DNA of 64,000 nucleotides, taken from sequence record DRR378314_995, one strand, 5' to 3'. The translations under genes and the position numbers were made by a program. Positions 29,682-39,603 of the stretch are shown here, piece after piece. The notes beneath the pieces were generated by a model. The model was not told where the DNA came from. It ran no database searches and saw nothing but the letters and a program-made list of their open reading frames with translations. Each line of letters opens with the position of its first letter. Position 1 is the first letter of the stretch.

Positions 29682-31070
29682 ATGGCATTTGACATTCTAG
29701 TGGTAGACGACGAACCCGATATCCGAGAGCTGATTGCTGGCGTTCTCGGAGATGAGGGATATTCCGCCAGAACAGCTGACACGGCTGAACGCGCATTGGA
29801 AGAAGTTCGTGCACGAACACCTCGTCTGGTTATCCTCGACGTTTGGCTTCAGGGAAGTGGGATGGACGGTCTGTCGCTGTTGAAGTACCTGAAATCTATC
29901 GACCCCATTTTGCCGGTGATCGTTATTAGCGGACACGGCAATATTGAGACAGCGGTCGCAGCTATCCGGCGCGGCGCTTATGATTTCATTGAGAAGCCTT
30001 TCAAGACCGATCGGTTGCTTCATATGATCGAGCGGGCGATTGAATCTGCAGCTCTGAAATATGAAAATGCTGCCCTGAAGAACAGGGCGGGGGACAATGA
30101 GCAGTGGATAGGTGAAAGCCAGGCAGCCGGGACTTTGCGCGCTTCGATCGACAAGGTGGCACCGACAAACTCACGGGTCATGATAACGGGCCCAGCCGGT
30201 TCCGGCAAAGAACTCGCCGCCCGACTGATACACCGAAATTCTCAGAGGTCTGACGGCCCATTCGTAGTTGTGAACGCCGCCACGATTGCGCCGGAGCAAA
30301 TGGAAGGCGCATTGTTTGGGGAGGAAGATTCTCAAGGCCGCACGACCCGTATTGGTTTGTTTGAGAAAGCTCACAACGGCACACTTCTTCTGGACGAAGT
30401 GGCTGACATGCCACTCGGCACACAGAACAAAATTCTGCGCGTTCTGACTGAACAACGTTTTCAGCGAGTAGGGGGCAAATCGGACGTCAGTGTCGATGTG
30501 CGCGTCATGTCGGCTTCAACAAAGGATATCCGTCAGGAAATTGCAGAAGGCCGCTTTCGTGAAGACCTGTTCTACAGGTTGAGCGTGGTTCCCTTGCGCG
30601 TTCCGTCTCTCGCCGAACGCCGCGATGATATTCGCGACCTGGTGGACTATTTCACCAACCGAATTGCCGATTCATCTGGACTAACACCGAGAGCATTTTC
30701 GGACGAAGCCATGGCCGTGCTTCAATCAATGGATTGGCCGGGCAACATCCGGCAGCTTCGAAATGTCGTTGAGCGCATCCTCATCCTTTCTCCGTCAGAC
30801 GCAAGTCGCCCGGTCAGCGTCGATGAATTGCCGCGTGAGACATCGGTCGTGCCGGGAAATACGGGTAAAAGTGGCTCTGCTGAATTGGTTGGATTGTCGC
30901 TAAGAGATGCTCGCGAGCAGTTTGAGCGAGAGTATCTCGCGCTTCAGATCACGCGATTTAACGGAAACATTTCGCGGACGGCTGAATTTATCGGAATGGA
31001 ACGCTCCGCCTTGCATAGAAAATTAAAGGCTTTAGGCGTTAACTCCAATCTTACTCGTCAGGACGGTTAG
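29682..31070 (+). CDS. ntrX: Response regulator NtrX
   Basis: DVWLQGS.MDG, SGHGNIETAV, AAA+ GPAGSGKE/LLDEV, HTH GMERSALHRKLK. Confidence 0.93.
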   Translation: MAFDILVVDDEPDIRELIAGVLGDEGYSARTADTAERALEEVRARTPRLVILDVWLQGSGMDGLSLLKYLKSIDPILPVIVISGHGNIETAVAAIRRGAYDFIEKPFKTDRLLHMIERAIESAALKYENAALKNRAGDNEQWIGESQAAGTLRASIDKVAPTNSRVMITGPAGSGKELAARLIHRNSQRSDGPFVVVNAATIAPEQMEGALFGEEDSQGRTTRIGLFEKAHNGTLLLDEVADMPLGTQNKILRVLTEQRFQRVGGKSDVSVDVRVMSASTKDIRQEIAEGRFREDLFYRLSVVPLRVPSLAERRDDIRDLVDYFTNRIADSSGLTPRAFSDEAMAVLQSMDWPGNIRQLRNVVERILILSPSDASRPVSVDELPRETSVVPGNTGKSGSAELVGLSLRDAREQFEREYLALQITRFNGNISRTAEFIGMERSALHRKLKALGVNSNLTRQDG

Positions 31071-31091
31071 GGCCGTCAAAGGGCTGTAGAC

Positions 31092-32465
31092 ATGCATGTT
31101 CTGATATGCGGCGCGGGGCGCGTGGGGCACGGAATCGCGCGCCGCCTCGCACGCGAAAAGCACGATATTACCATCATTGATGAAAATCCCGACCTCGTCG
31201 ATCAGGTTTCGACGGATCTGGATGTTCGTGGTGTCACAGGTCATGCGGCTCACCCGGATGTCCTCAAGAAAGCCGGCGCGGCGGACTGCGAAATGATCAT
31301 CGCAGTGACCCATTTTGACGAGATCAACATGGTCATCTGCCAGATTGCCCACACCCTGTTCTCGGTACCTTACAAGATTGCTCGGGTGCGGGAGCAATCC
31401 TACATAGACCCGGCGTGGAAGAACGTATTCTCGCGCGAAGGCCTGCCCATAGACATGGTGATCTCGCCTGAAATGGAAGTTGGTGAGGCCATTCTTCAGC
31501 GCTTCAGAACGCCTGGCGCCGTTATGAGCGCGACGTTCGGGAAGGGACGCGTTCGGCTTATCGGTCTTGAGGTTGAGGACAGTAATCCACTTCTGGATAC
31601 ACCGGTCGATCAGCTCCGGGGATTGTTTCCAGACTTGTCCGCCCGAATTGTCGGCATCGGTCGGAAAGATTCTGTCAGGGCTCCCAGATCGAATGATGTG
31701 TTGAAGCCAGGAGACCGCGCTTACATTGCGGTGCTGGATGAACATGCCGAGCGGCTTACATCCATCTTCAACCGGGATTCCGAACAGTCTGGGCACGTTG
31801 TCATCGTTGGTGGGGGCAATGTCGGTCTCTACGTCGCTACAACGCTGGAGCAGGAAGCGAAAAACCGCGTTCGCTTGATCGAACATAATGCGAAGCGCGC
31901 CAACGACGTTGTCGCGGCAGTGAAGCGGACGATCGTCATTCAGGGGGACGGCCTGAACCCGGACATTCTGGCCGAAGCCGGGGCTCCAAAGGCAGACTTC
32001 GTTGTGGCGATCACAAACGACGACAAAGCGAATTTGTTGATATCAAATTTGGCCAAGCGAGCAGGTGCTAAGAGAACTTTGGCGCTTGTAAACGCTACAG
32101 AACTCGCCGGTTTGGCACGAGATCTTCGTGTTGATGCTGTTCTGGACCCAAGGGCGTTGACCGTATCTCAGATCCTGTTGCGGATGCGACGCGGCCGTAT
32201 CTTGGGGCTTCAGTCGATTGAAGACGGAAAGGCAGAAGTCGCTGAAGGCATTACGCTTGAGTCGTCCTCATTGATCGGCAAGCCACTGGGCTATGATGAT
32301 CTGCCTGAAGGCATGACGGCAGCCGCAATTATTCGTGGCAAGGAGGTTTTGATCGCCGGGCCCGATGTAATTGTTCAGGCAGAGGACCAATTGATAATCT
32401 TCTATGAAGAAGAGATGGTCAGGAAGGTTGAGAAGTATTTCCGGGTCAGCCCGGACTTCTTCTAG
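31092..32465 (+). CDS. trkA: Trk potassium uptake RCK subunit
   Basis: Two RCK domains (GAGRVG, GGGNVG), AVT..DEINM, C-terminal FRVS.DFF. Confidence 0.93.
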   Translation: MHVLICGAGRVGHGIARRLAREKHDITIIDENPDLVDQVSTDLDVRGVTGHAAHPDVLKKAGAADCEMIIAVTHFDEINMVICQIAHTLFSVPYKIARVREQSYIDPAWKNVFSREGLPIDMVISPEMEVGEAILQRFRTPGAVMSATFGKGRVRLIGLEVEDSNPLLDTPVDQLRGLFPDLSARIVGIGRKDSVRAPRSNDVLKPGDRAYIAVLDEHAERLTSIFNRDSEQSGHVVIVGGGNVGLYVATTLEQEAKNRVRLIEHNAKRANDVVAAVKRTIVIQGDGLNPDILAEAGAPKADFVVAITNDDKANLLISNLAKRAGAKRTLALVNATELAGLARDLRVDAVLDPRALTVSQILLRMRRGRILGLQSIEDGKAEVAEGITLESSSLIGKPLGYDDLPEGMTAAAIIRGKEVLIAGPDVIVQAEDQLIIFYEEEMVRKVEKYFRVSPDFF

Positions 32466-32468
32466 GTC

Positions 32469-33875
32469 ATGAACTACGCATCGGTCGTTCGGGTTCTGGC
32501 GTTACTATTGATTGTCGTTGTCGTTGCAGCGATTCCCGCCATGTTTATGGCAATCGCCGCGAGGGAAACGAGTCAGATCTTTGCCTTTGGTACAATGGCA
32601 TTGGCAATCATTGTCTTGGCGAGCAGCGTACTGCTTCTAACGCCGAAGCCCGAACGCAAGGCGAGGCCCTCAGATGCACTGGCAACAGTTATCTTGTGGT
32701 GGTTCATCACGCCCGTGGCTACGTGTTTGCCGTTTATTCTGGGGGTTCAAAACGACAGCGTCATCAGCGCCATTCACGAGGCAACAGCCTGCTTGACCAC
32801 CACCGGACAATCCGTGATTACGGTGCAGGATAATCAGTGGCCAATGAGTCTGGTTGTTTGGCGGGGCATGCTGCATTTGCTAGGCGGTTTGGCGACGGTC
32901 GTTGCGGCGGCCAGTGTGCTGGCTGCCCTGAATCTTGGTGGGCCAGGAATTCACAGAACCGTCTTGTTCACGGTTCCTGAAACAAGCTTTTTTGATGCAG
33001 TTCCACGCGTCGTTCGCATGGTTGCCATGCTCATGATTGTTTCGATTCTGCTATTGTTTTCAGGACTCGTTTTCATGGGTGTTCCAGCAGAGCGGGCCTT
33101 GGGCGACGCGATTAGCGCTCTGACCACGGGTCTTGTGCATCCTCAGGGAATTATGCGCGCACCTCTCGATACCGGGCCATCCATTATCTTGGGCGTGGGA
33201 TTGTTTGCGGGGGCCATGGGCCTCGCCCTGTGGTTACCTTTGCGCGATGGAAAACCCTTCAAAGCCATTTCCGATCCCGAAGTTTCCTTGTTCGTGGGAT
33301 TGCTCATCGTTTTCATTTGTTTTGCACTGGCCTCAGACCTGAACGTCACGGAAGGGCTCTCCTGGGCGCTGTCCGCGCTATCGACGTCCGGTTTGTCCTT
33401 GTCTGACCCGGCCGACTACAATCGCATTCCACTACCAGTCCTGGTCTTGCCAGCGCTGATTGGAGGCTCTGCGCTGTCGGCTGCGGGCGGCGTCAAGCTT
33501 GCACGTTTTATCGTGCTGGCAAGGCGAGCAGGACAGGAGTTCAGACAGCTTGGCTACCGTCGATCCATTTTGCGCTTCACATTTCGAGACAGGGAACTCA
33601 ACGAGAGAAGCGTCATCGGTGTTTGGGTGTACTTGATTGGATACATCCTGGCGATTTTCCTCACCATGGCGGCCTATTCGTTCATGGGCGAGGAATTTGT
33701 GCCATCAATTCGCCTCGCCATAGGAAGCCTGACGAACTCTGCGGCTGTCCTCGGGAGCTACCCCATGGATCTGTCTGGACCTGCGCAGGCTTTAACCATT
33801 TTTACCATGATTTTAGGGCGTTTGGAGGTTCTGGCCCTGATTCCAGCGCTTTCCCTCAGCTTTTGGCGGGGTTAA
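32469..33875 (+). CDS. trkH: TrkH-family cation transport membrane protein (divergent)
   Basis: Polytopic; LTTTG, WRG.L..LGG, GG....[15 protein letters not shown]; follows trkA. Confidence 0.8.
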   Translation: MNYASVVRVLALLLIVVVVAAIPAMFMAIAARETSQIFAFGTMALAIIVLASSVLLLTPKPERKARPSDALATVILWWFITPVATCLPFILGVQNDSVISAIHEATACLTTTGQSVITVQDNQWPMSLVVWRGMLHLLGGLATVVAAASVLAALNLGGPGIHRTVLFTVPETSFFDAVPRVVRMVAMLMIVSILLLFSGLVFMGVPAERALGDAISALTTGLVHPQGIMRAPLDTGPSIILGVGLFAGAMGLALWLPLRDGKPFKAISDPEVSLFVGLLIVFICFALASDLNVTEGLSWALSALSTSGLSLSDPADYNRIPLPVLVLPALIGGSALSAAGGVKLARFIVLARRAGQEFRQLGYRRSILRFTFRDRELNERSVIGVWVYLIGYILAIFLTMAAYSFMGEEFVPSIRLAIGSLTNSAAVLGSYPMDLSGPAQALTIFTMILGRLEVLALIPALSLSFWRG

Positions 33876-33954
33876 CAGTTGTTCGCACTTGCACTTGCGC
33901 GGTAATCCCGTTAGCGCGACACATAACAAGAACAGGCCAGATTGGATTTCCGTC

Positions 33955-34203
33955 ATGTCCGCCGACAAAAAACAGAACTTGCAAGATACTTTTCTCAACG
34001 CCGTCCGCAAATCACGTACGCCTCTGACCGTGTTTCTCGTCAATGGTGTCAAACTGCAGGGTGTTGTGACGTGGTTCGACAATTTCTGTGTGCTTCTGCG
34101 CGGTGACGGGCGGCCACCACAACTTGTGTACAAACACGCCATTTCCACAATTGCTCCGAGCGCTCCGGTACAATTGTTCGATGAGGAAATGGATGCGGAC
34201 TAA
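33955..34203 (+). CDS. hfq: RNA chaperone Hfq
   Basis: [36 protein letters not shown]. Confidence 0.97.
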   Translation: MSADKKQNLQDTFLNAVRKSRTPLTVFLVNGVKLQGVVTWFDNFCVLLRGDGRPPQLVYKHAISTIAPSAPVQLFDEEMDAD

Positions 34204-34209
34204 ACCGCT

Positions 34210-35526
34210 TTGACTGACAAGATGATCGACCGAACGCCGGCGCCTGAAGTGGCCGGTGTGATCATCCCGTGGTTCACACCTGCCAATAGGCCAACCGAAG
34301 ACAGGCTGGAGGAGACATCGGGTCTCGTCGAGGCGCTGGGCTGTGATTTGGCATTCCTGCGGGCAGAGCATGTCAGGAAAGTTAACTCGTCTGTACTGCT
34401 TTCGGGCGGCATTCTTGAGCGTCTGGCTGACGACCTGAAACAGAATGATTGCACCATTGCGGTGATCGACGGCGACCTCACGCCCGTTCAGCAGCGCAAT
34501 CTGGAGCGCAAGCTGGAAGTTAAAGTCATCGACCGGACGGGTCTGATCCTTGAAATTTTTGGATTGCGGGCGCGCACCAAAGAAGGGCGCTTGCAGGTCG
34601 AATTGGCTCGTCTGCTATACGAGCGCTCAAGACTTGTAAGAACCTGGACGCACCTTGAACGCCAGCGTGGTGGTGGAGGGTTCTTGTCGGGTCCCGGTGA
34701 AAGTCAGCTGGAAGCAGACCGCCGAATGCTGGACGACAAGATCTTGCGGCTAAGGCGCGATCTGGATGATGTGAAGCGAACCCGCGCCGTCCAGAGATCT
34801 GGACGCAAGAGAAGTGGCAAGCCGGTCATCGCATTGGTGGGGTACACGAACGCCGGCAAGTCGACGCTTTTTAACCGAATTTCGGGTGCCAACGTCTTCG
34901 CGCGGGACATGCCTTTCGCGACGCTCGATCCGACTATTCGCAGGTTTGATCTGCCGACTATGGGGGAGGCGGCGCTGATCGACACGGTTGGATTCATTAC
35001 CGATCTTCCCACGCATTTGATCGACAGCTTTCAGGCGACACTTGAAGAAGCCATGCAGGCAGATCTTCTGGTTCATGTTCGTGATCGGTCGAGCCCATCT
35101 GACGTCGATCAGGCTGAAGATGTCATGATTGTGCTTGATCAGTTGGAGAAGGAAACAGGGCTGCCTTTGCCTCCGATGATTGAGGTCTGGAACAAGGCAG
35201 ATCTTTTGCCAGACGACAAAGCCGATGCGCTTTCATTCGCTGCGCGGGGGACGGTCGAAACACCGGCGGTTCTGGTGTCAGCATTGACTGGCCGAGGTGT
35301 CGAGGAATTGTTGGATCTGATCGAGGCGGTTCTTCTCAAGGGCGCCTCCGAGATTGAGCTCGTTCTTGGCGCACAGGATGGACGCGCTCGGGCATGGCTG
35401 CACCAAAATGGCGAAGTAATATCTGAAAGCGCTCTTGAGACGGGTAATGTCGCCATGTCTGTTCGTTTGGCAAATGACCGACTGGGACAGTTCTACGCGC
35501 AGTTCCCAGGCCTCAAGCCGGATTAG
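34210..35526 (+). CDS. hflX: Ribosome-splitting GTPase HflX
   Basis: QQRNLE, IDRTGLILEIF..RA.T.EG.LQVELA, GPGESQLE.DRR, GYTNAGKST, FATLDPT, DTVGFI, NKAD. Confidence 0.96.
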   Translation: MTDKMIDRTPAPEVAGVIIPWFTPANRPTEDRLEETSGLVEALGCDLAFLRAEHVRKVNSSVLLSGGILERLADDLKQNDCTIAVIDGDLTPVQQRNLERKLEVKVIDRTGLILEIFGLRARTKEGRLQVELARLLYERSRLVRTWTHLERQRGGGGFLSGPGESQLEADRRMLDDKILRLRRDLDDVKRTRAVQRSGRKRSGKPVIALVGYTNAGKSTLFNRISGANVFARDMPFATLDPTIRRFDLPTMGEAALIDTVGFITDLPTHLIDSFQATLEEAMQADLLVHVRDRSSPSDVDQAEDVMIVLDQLEKETGLPLPPMIEVWNKADLLPDDKADALSFAARGTVETPAVLVSALTGRGVEELLDLIEAVLLKGASEIELVLGAQDGRARAWLHQNGEVISESALETGNVAMSVRLANDRLGQFYAQFPGLKPD

Positions 35527-36347
35527 CGTTCGGCCTTTTTGACGCGCTGCCAAAGCGCTTCCTGTTCATTGATCTCAAGGTCGGCGAAGCGCGTGCCTTC
35601 TGATTCCGCCAATGCCTCCATCGCCCGGAAACGTCGTTCAAACTTGGCATTTGCGCGCCTCAGGGCCTGCTCTGGATCAACATCGAGGCGTCGGCTCAGA
35701 TTTGCTGCTACAAACAACAAATCACCAATCTCATCCTCAATCTTGTCCGCATCCCCAATATCTATGGCTTCACGAACCTCGTCTGCCTCTTCATCAAGCT
35801 TGTCGAAGATCTGCTGTGCGTCAGTCCAGTCAAAACCTACCCGCGCTGCACGCTTCTGTAGCTTTTCCGCTCGCAACAACGAGGGAAGCGCCAGAGCTAC
35901 TCCGTCGAGCGCGCTGGGCGCACCCTCCGGCTGAGACTTACCGGCTCGTTCTTGGGCTTTGATAACCTCCCAGGCAACAACTTGCTGTTCTGCTGAGCGG
36001 CTCCCCTCTGGGCCAAACACGTGAGGGTGTCGACGGATCATTTTCGAGTTTATAGCTGCGACGACATCTTCAAATTCGAATTCACCCGTTTCCTGAGCCA
36101 TCTGGCTGTGGAAGACGACTTGAAACAACAAGTCGCCCAATTCTTCTTTGAGATCGCGCATGTCATTTCGATCAATTGCATCAGCTACCTCGTAAGCTTC
36201 CTCAATTGTGTAGGGCGCGATGGTGGAAAAGTTCTGTTCGATATCCCAAGGGCATCCGGATTCCGGGTTTCTCAGTTGCGCCATAATTTCCAGTAGTCGA
36301 AGCATCGCGTCCGCTGGAGATGATTGTGAATTTCCATGATCAGTCAT
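35523..36347 (-). CDS. mazG: Nucleoside triphosphate pyrophosphohydrolase MazG
   Basis: LR.P..GCPWD..Q, EEAYEV.DAI, EELGDLLFQVVFH, RRHPHVF, GFDW, EIGDLLF, AN.KF.RRF. Confidence 0.95.
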   Translation of the reverse strand: MTDHGNSQSSPADAMLRLLEIMAQLRNPESGCPWDIEQNFSTIAPYTIEEAYEVADAIDRNDMRDLKEELGDLLFQVVFHSQMAQETGEFEFEDVVAAINSKMIRRHPHVFGPEGSRSAEQQVVAWEVIKAQERAGKSQPEGAPSALDGVALALPSLLRAEKLQKRAARVGFDWTDAQQIFDKLDEEADEVREAIDIGDADKIEDEIGDLLFVAANLSRRLDVDPEQALRRANAKFERRFRAMEALAESEGTRFADLEINEQEALWQRVKKAER

Positions 36348-36467
36348 GGTTTCCCAGTAAACGGGTTCACCGCTAAAATCGACTGTTCGATTGACAACAC
36401 CTCGAAGTCACGCGACGTGAGTTCATGCATGAGAATCTGACGCCCCATTTCGGCCAATGAGTATAAT

Positions 36468-37348
36468 ATGAGTTCTCCCTCGCTCATTGGCGTCTTTGTG
36501 GACGGGAATTGCGCACATGCTTGGTCCTACGATGATGTGGGTGAAGTGCGGGCATACATCGCGGTAGAAGCGCGCCTAGCGAATGACTCTTTGGTCAATA
36601 TAAGGCGTCTGAAACGGGCCCTGGGCGATTGGCTTTCCGCCCAGTCTAAAGAAAGCAAGATTGTCGTTTGCGGCGCAATGGGGGACTGTGTCTCGGCGAA
36701 TACTCCGCGTGTTCCTTTTGTACTTGACGACATCCGGCGACACCTCGTCAACGATATGGATGTGTCACTTGTGCCAAGCCTGATACAGAGCAACCCACCC
36801 GGATACGCCGAAGGTCTCGAAAGCCTGCTCTTTGGTATTGAGCAGTCAAATGGTTTGATTTGTAGCCGCTAGCAATCACGGCTCATTTCACCTTGGAAGC
36901 AGGGCGCGTCACCGACGTTTCCTCTGAGCCTACTGCGGACTATTTGTCGGCGCTGTTGCGGATAGAGCGGGAACGAACGGAGAGGCTACCACCCCAAACC
37001 TTTTCAGAACCTGTTTTTGTTGATTGGGTCGAACGGTCTCTGAATACTGACAACACAGTTTCCGCCCCTGCGGCAAGCGCGGCAATCCGAACAGGACAAC
37101 TCGCCCCGGAATACTTCGAATGCGCGCTGAATGCACTGTTGATAGGCGCAGACATTGCCGCACATTACGACCCAGGCGATGACGTCATCCTCATAGCCGA
37201 CGAGTCGCGCCTGGAAATGTATGGTCTGGCTCTGGACGCATTCGGAGCTGATGTCTTGGAGTATTCAGCGAAAGACTGCATGAGCGACGCATTGTGGGAA
37301 ATTGCTGAGATTGCTGATTTGTTGTCAAATGAGTCGATTCATCCGTGA
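36468..37348 (+). pseudogene. Degenerate 2-dehydro-3-deoxygalactonokinase (DgoK)-like gene split by a frameshift near 36864
   Basis: ORFs 36468-36872 and 36893-37348 are in different frames; joined they read NGLIC-x-PLAITAHFTLEAGRVTDV..TADYL..LL and LNALLIGADIA..Y..AL, resembling DgoK; precedes a lactonase. Confidence 0.6.
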
Positions 37349-37382
37349 ATGAAGTCATCTACCGTATCGAGGTTGTTCTAGC

Positions 37383-38267
37383 ATGTTCATGACACCGGAA
37401 TGTGTTGCGCCAACGGGCTGTACGCTCGGCGAAGGACCGTTGTGGAGCCCTTCTGAAGGGTTTCTGTGGTGGGTGGACATCAAAAGAGCAAAACTGCATC
37501 GCTACAATCCGCGTACCGGAAATACGCGTCGCTACGATTTGCCGGTTCGGGCGAGCGTACTCGCACTTTATGATGGCAATATTCTGATGGCCGGAGATCG
37601 GGAGATCGGTGTCTATGATCCGGCTACCGAAGCTTATGAGCGTCTTCAGGTGCTGGACGCCGAACCCGCATCCAACCGGACAAACGATGGTGGCATTGCG
37701 CCAGATGGAACTTTCTGGTTCGGAACAATGGACGACGCGGAGAAGGTCGCCCAGGGCAACTACTACCGTTATTCACTGGATGGAAAATTAGAGGCGCTCC
37801 GACTCCCCTCAGTGATGGTGACCAACACATTCCAATTTTCTCCAGATGGAACCGTTTTCTACACCTGCGATTCTTTTGAGCAGGAAGTTCTTTCATTCCA
37901 GCACGAGATTGGAACGGGGAAGCTCACAGACCGAAAGGTTCTCACCAACACAATTGAACTTTCAGGTTATCCGGACGGATCTGTTATAGATTCGGAAGGC
38001 TGTCTTTGGACGTGCTTGTGGGAAGCATCTCGGATTATCCGCCTGACCCCAGATGGGGAGATTGATCGAACGATAACCTTGGCAGCGCCGCGTCCTACAA
38101 GCCTGACGTTTGGTGATGAGGATTTGAAAACGCTTTTTATCACGACAGCACGTGCCGGCATGTCTTTCCCGGAGCTTGATTCGCGGCCATTGTCGGGCAG
38201 TCTATTCGCCGTTCGAGTGGATGTCCCCGGACTGCCACCCAGAGAATTCGGCAAGTCGAGAGAGTGA
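37383..38267 (+). CDS. SMP-30/gluconolactonase/LRE family protein
   Basis: LGEGPLW, WVDI, R.NDG...PDG.FW.GTM, GYPDGS.ID.EG.LW, PTS..FG..L.TLFITTA. Confidence 0.9.
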   Translation: MFMTPECVAPTGCTLGEGPLWSPSEGFLWWVDIKRAKLHRYNPRTGNTRRYDLPVRASVLALYDGNILMAGDREIGVYDPATEAYERLQVLDAEPASNRTNDGGIAPDGTFWFGTMDDAEKVAQGNYYRYSLDGKLEALRLPSVMVTNTFQFSPDGTVFYTCDSFEQEVLSFQHEIGTGKLTDRKVLTNTIELSGYPDGSVIDSEGCLWTCLWEASRIIRLTPDGEIDRTITLAAPRPTSLTFGDEDLKTLFITTARAGMSFPELDSRPLSGSLFAVRVDVPGLPPREFGKSRE

Positions 38268-38390
38268 GAAGTGCCCACTTGCGGGATTCATAACAGTTCC
38301 CACCTACGCTTGACGAAACCTAGAGTGCACTTAACCGTGGACGTGGCGGCCCAAAACCGCTAACTCCCCGCTTTTCAAGAGAGAGTCGGA

Positions 38391-38600
38391 ATGGCCGATA
38401 AAGCGAAAAAGAAACGCGTAGGACCCATTACCTTCTTTCGGCAGGTTCGTGCCGAAGGGAACAAGGTGACGTGGACGTCCCGTCAGGAAACCATCCAAGC
38501 GACAATTTTCGTCGTGATCATGTCTATTCTGATTGCGCTTTTCCTATTCCTTGCGGATTTCGTCATTAATCTCGTCGTAAAGGCGATCACGGGCCTCTGA
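38391..38600 (+). CDS. secE: Preprotein translocase subunit SecE
   Basis: FFRQVRAEG.KVTW.SRQET then one TM helix; upstream of nusG. Confidence 0.93.
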   Translation: MADKAKKKRVGPITFFRQVRAEGNKVTWTSRQETIQATIFVVIMSILIALFLFLADFVINLVVKAITGL

Positions 38601-38644
38601 GTCAGGCGGTTCGTCAAACAATTACTAAGGAGCGCGCAGGCCTC

Positions 38645-39187
38645 ATGGCTGAAGCCAAATGGTACATCGTCCACGCTTATTCCAACTTCGAGAAGAAGGT
38701 CGCATCGACAATTCTCGAGCAGGCTGAGCGGAAGGGACTGGCAGACCTCATTGAAGATATGCAGGTGCCGACCGAAGAAGTCGTTGAAGTCGCTCGCGGC
38801 AAAAAGAAAACCGTCGAACGTCGGTACTTCCCTGGATATGTGTTGATGAAGGCGGTGATGACAGATGATGTCTACCACCTCGTCAAAGATACGCCGAAAG
38901 TTTCTGGGTTCCTGGGCGCAGAGGGTGGTAAGAAACCGCTTCCAGTGCGCCAAAAGGAAGTTGATCGGATTCTCGGCACGTCCACCGATCCGGCTGCAGA
39001 ACGTCCTCGCCCACAGATTTCCTTCGAAATTGGTGAGCAGGTTCAGGTCAATGATGGCCCATTCCAAGGCTTTGAAGGTTCGGTCGAAGAGATCGATGAA
39101 GAAAATGGTCGTCTGAAAGTTACCGTTTCGATTTTTGGTCGCGGAACACCAGTCGATCTGGAGTTCGAACAGGTCGCCAAACTCTGA
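38645..39187 (+). CDS. nusG: Transcription elongation factor NusG
   Basis: WYIVHAYSNFEKKV, FPGYVL, TPKVSGF, KOW DGPF..F.G, VSIFGR.TPV.LEF.QV. Confidence 0.97.
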   Translation: MAEAKWYIVHAYSNFEKKVASTILEQAERKGLADLIEDMQVPTEEVVEVARGKKKTVERRYFPGYVLMKAVMTDDVYHLVKDTPKVSGFLGAEGGKKPLPVRQKEVDRILGTSTDPAAERPRPQISFEIGEQVQVNDGPFQGFEGSVEEIDEENGRLKVTVSIFGRGTPVDLEFEQVAKL

Positions 39188-39234
39188 TTTGGAGATCGAA
39201 TCACAGGAAGCGCAGTTGGGCTTCCGGGTTTCGC

Positions 39235-39263
39235 TTGAAACCTAGCAAATTGAGCGGTATTTC
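39235..39263 (+). promoter_or_regulatory. Candidate sigma70 promoter of tRNA-His
   Basis: TTGAAA-N17-TATTTC ending 11 nt before the tRNA; overlapped by inverted repeat TGAGCGG/CCGCTCA. Confidence 0.4.
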
Positions 39264-39274
39264 CCGCTCATCAT

Positions 39275-39351
39275 GCCGCCTTAGCTCAGTCGGTTAGAGC
39301 GCTAGATTGTGGATCTAGAGGTCCCCCGTTCGAACCGGGGAGGCGGTACCA
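39275..39351 (+). tRNA. tRNA-His (GUG)
   Basis: Cloverleaf: acceptor GCCGCCT/AGGCGGT, D arm GCTC/GAGC, anticodon arm CTAGA-TTGTGGA-TCTAG, T arm CCCCG-TTCGAAC-CGGGG, encoded A-CCA end. Confidence 0.96.
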
Positions 39352-39603
39352 TTTTCCTCCATCCATTGCAAAGCGCGTTGTTATCCCGAGGAAAATTCTC
39401 GCAAATAATTGTGACATCTGCGCAATAATATGTTGCAAATGAGCAGCGGTGGATAAAAATGGCGTGATTGAAATGCACGTCGTCCTTAATAGGGCTCGCC
39501 GTACAGGCTAAATATGTTTATTCAGGAACCATTCGGGTTTTGACCCGTATGAACCTGCGGCCGAGGACAATCCCGTCATTCGGCACACAAAAGGGGATTG
39601 AGT

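Noticed and set aside
31032..31886. 284-aa antisense ORF opposite trkA
   Set aside because: Codon-bias shadow with no motif support.
36387..36432. Three short palindromes and a TTGACA between mazG and the dgoK-like gene
   Set aside because: Arms of 5-6 bp with unrelated sequences; could be chance, and no clear -10 at canonical spacing.
39352..39603. tRNA-His 3' end as an integration site for an island
   Set aside because: No integrase and no duplicated tRNA 3' end seen; downstream genes look native.
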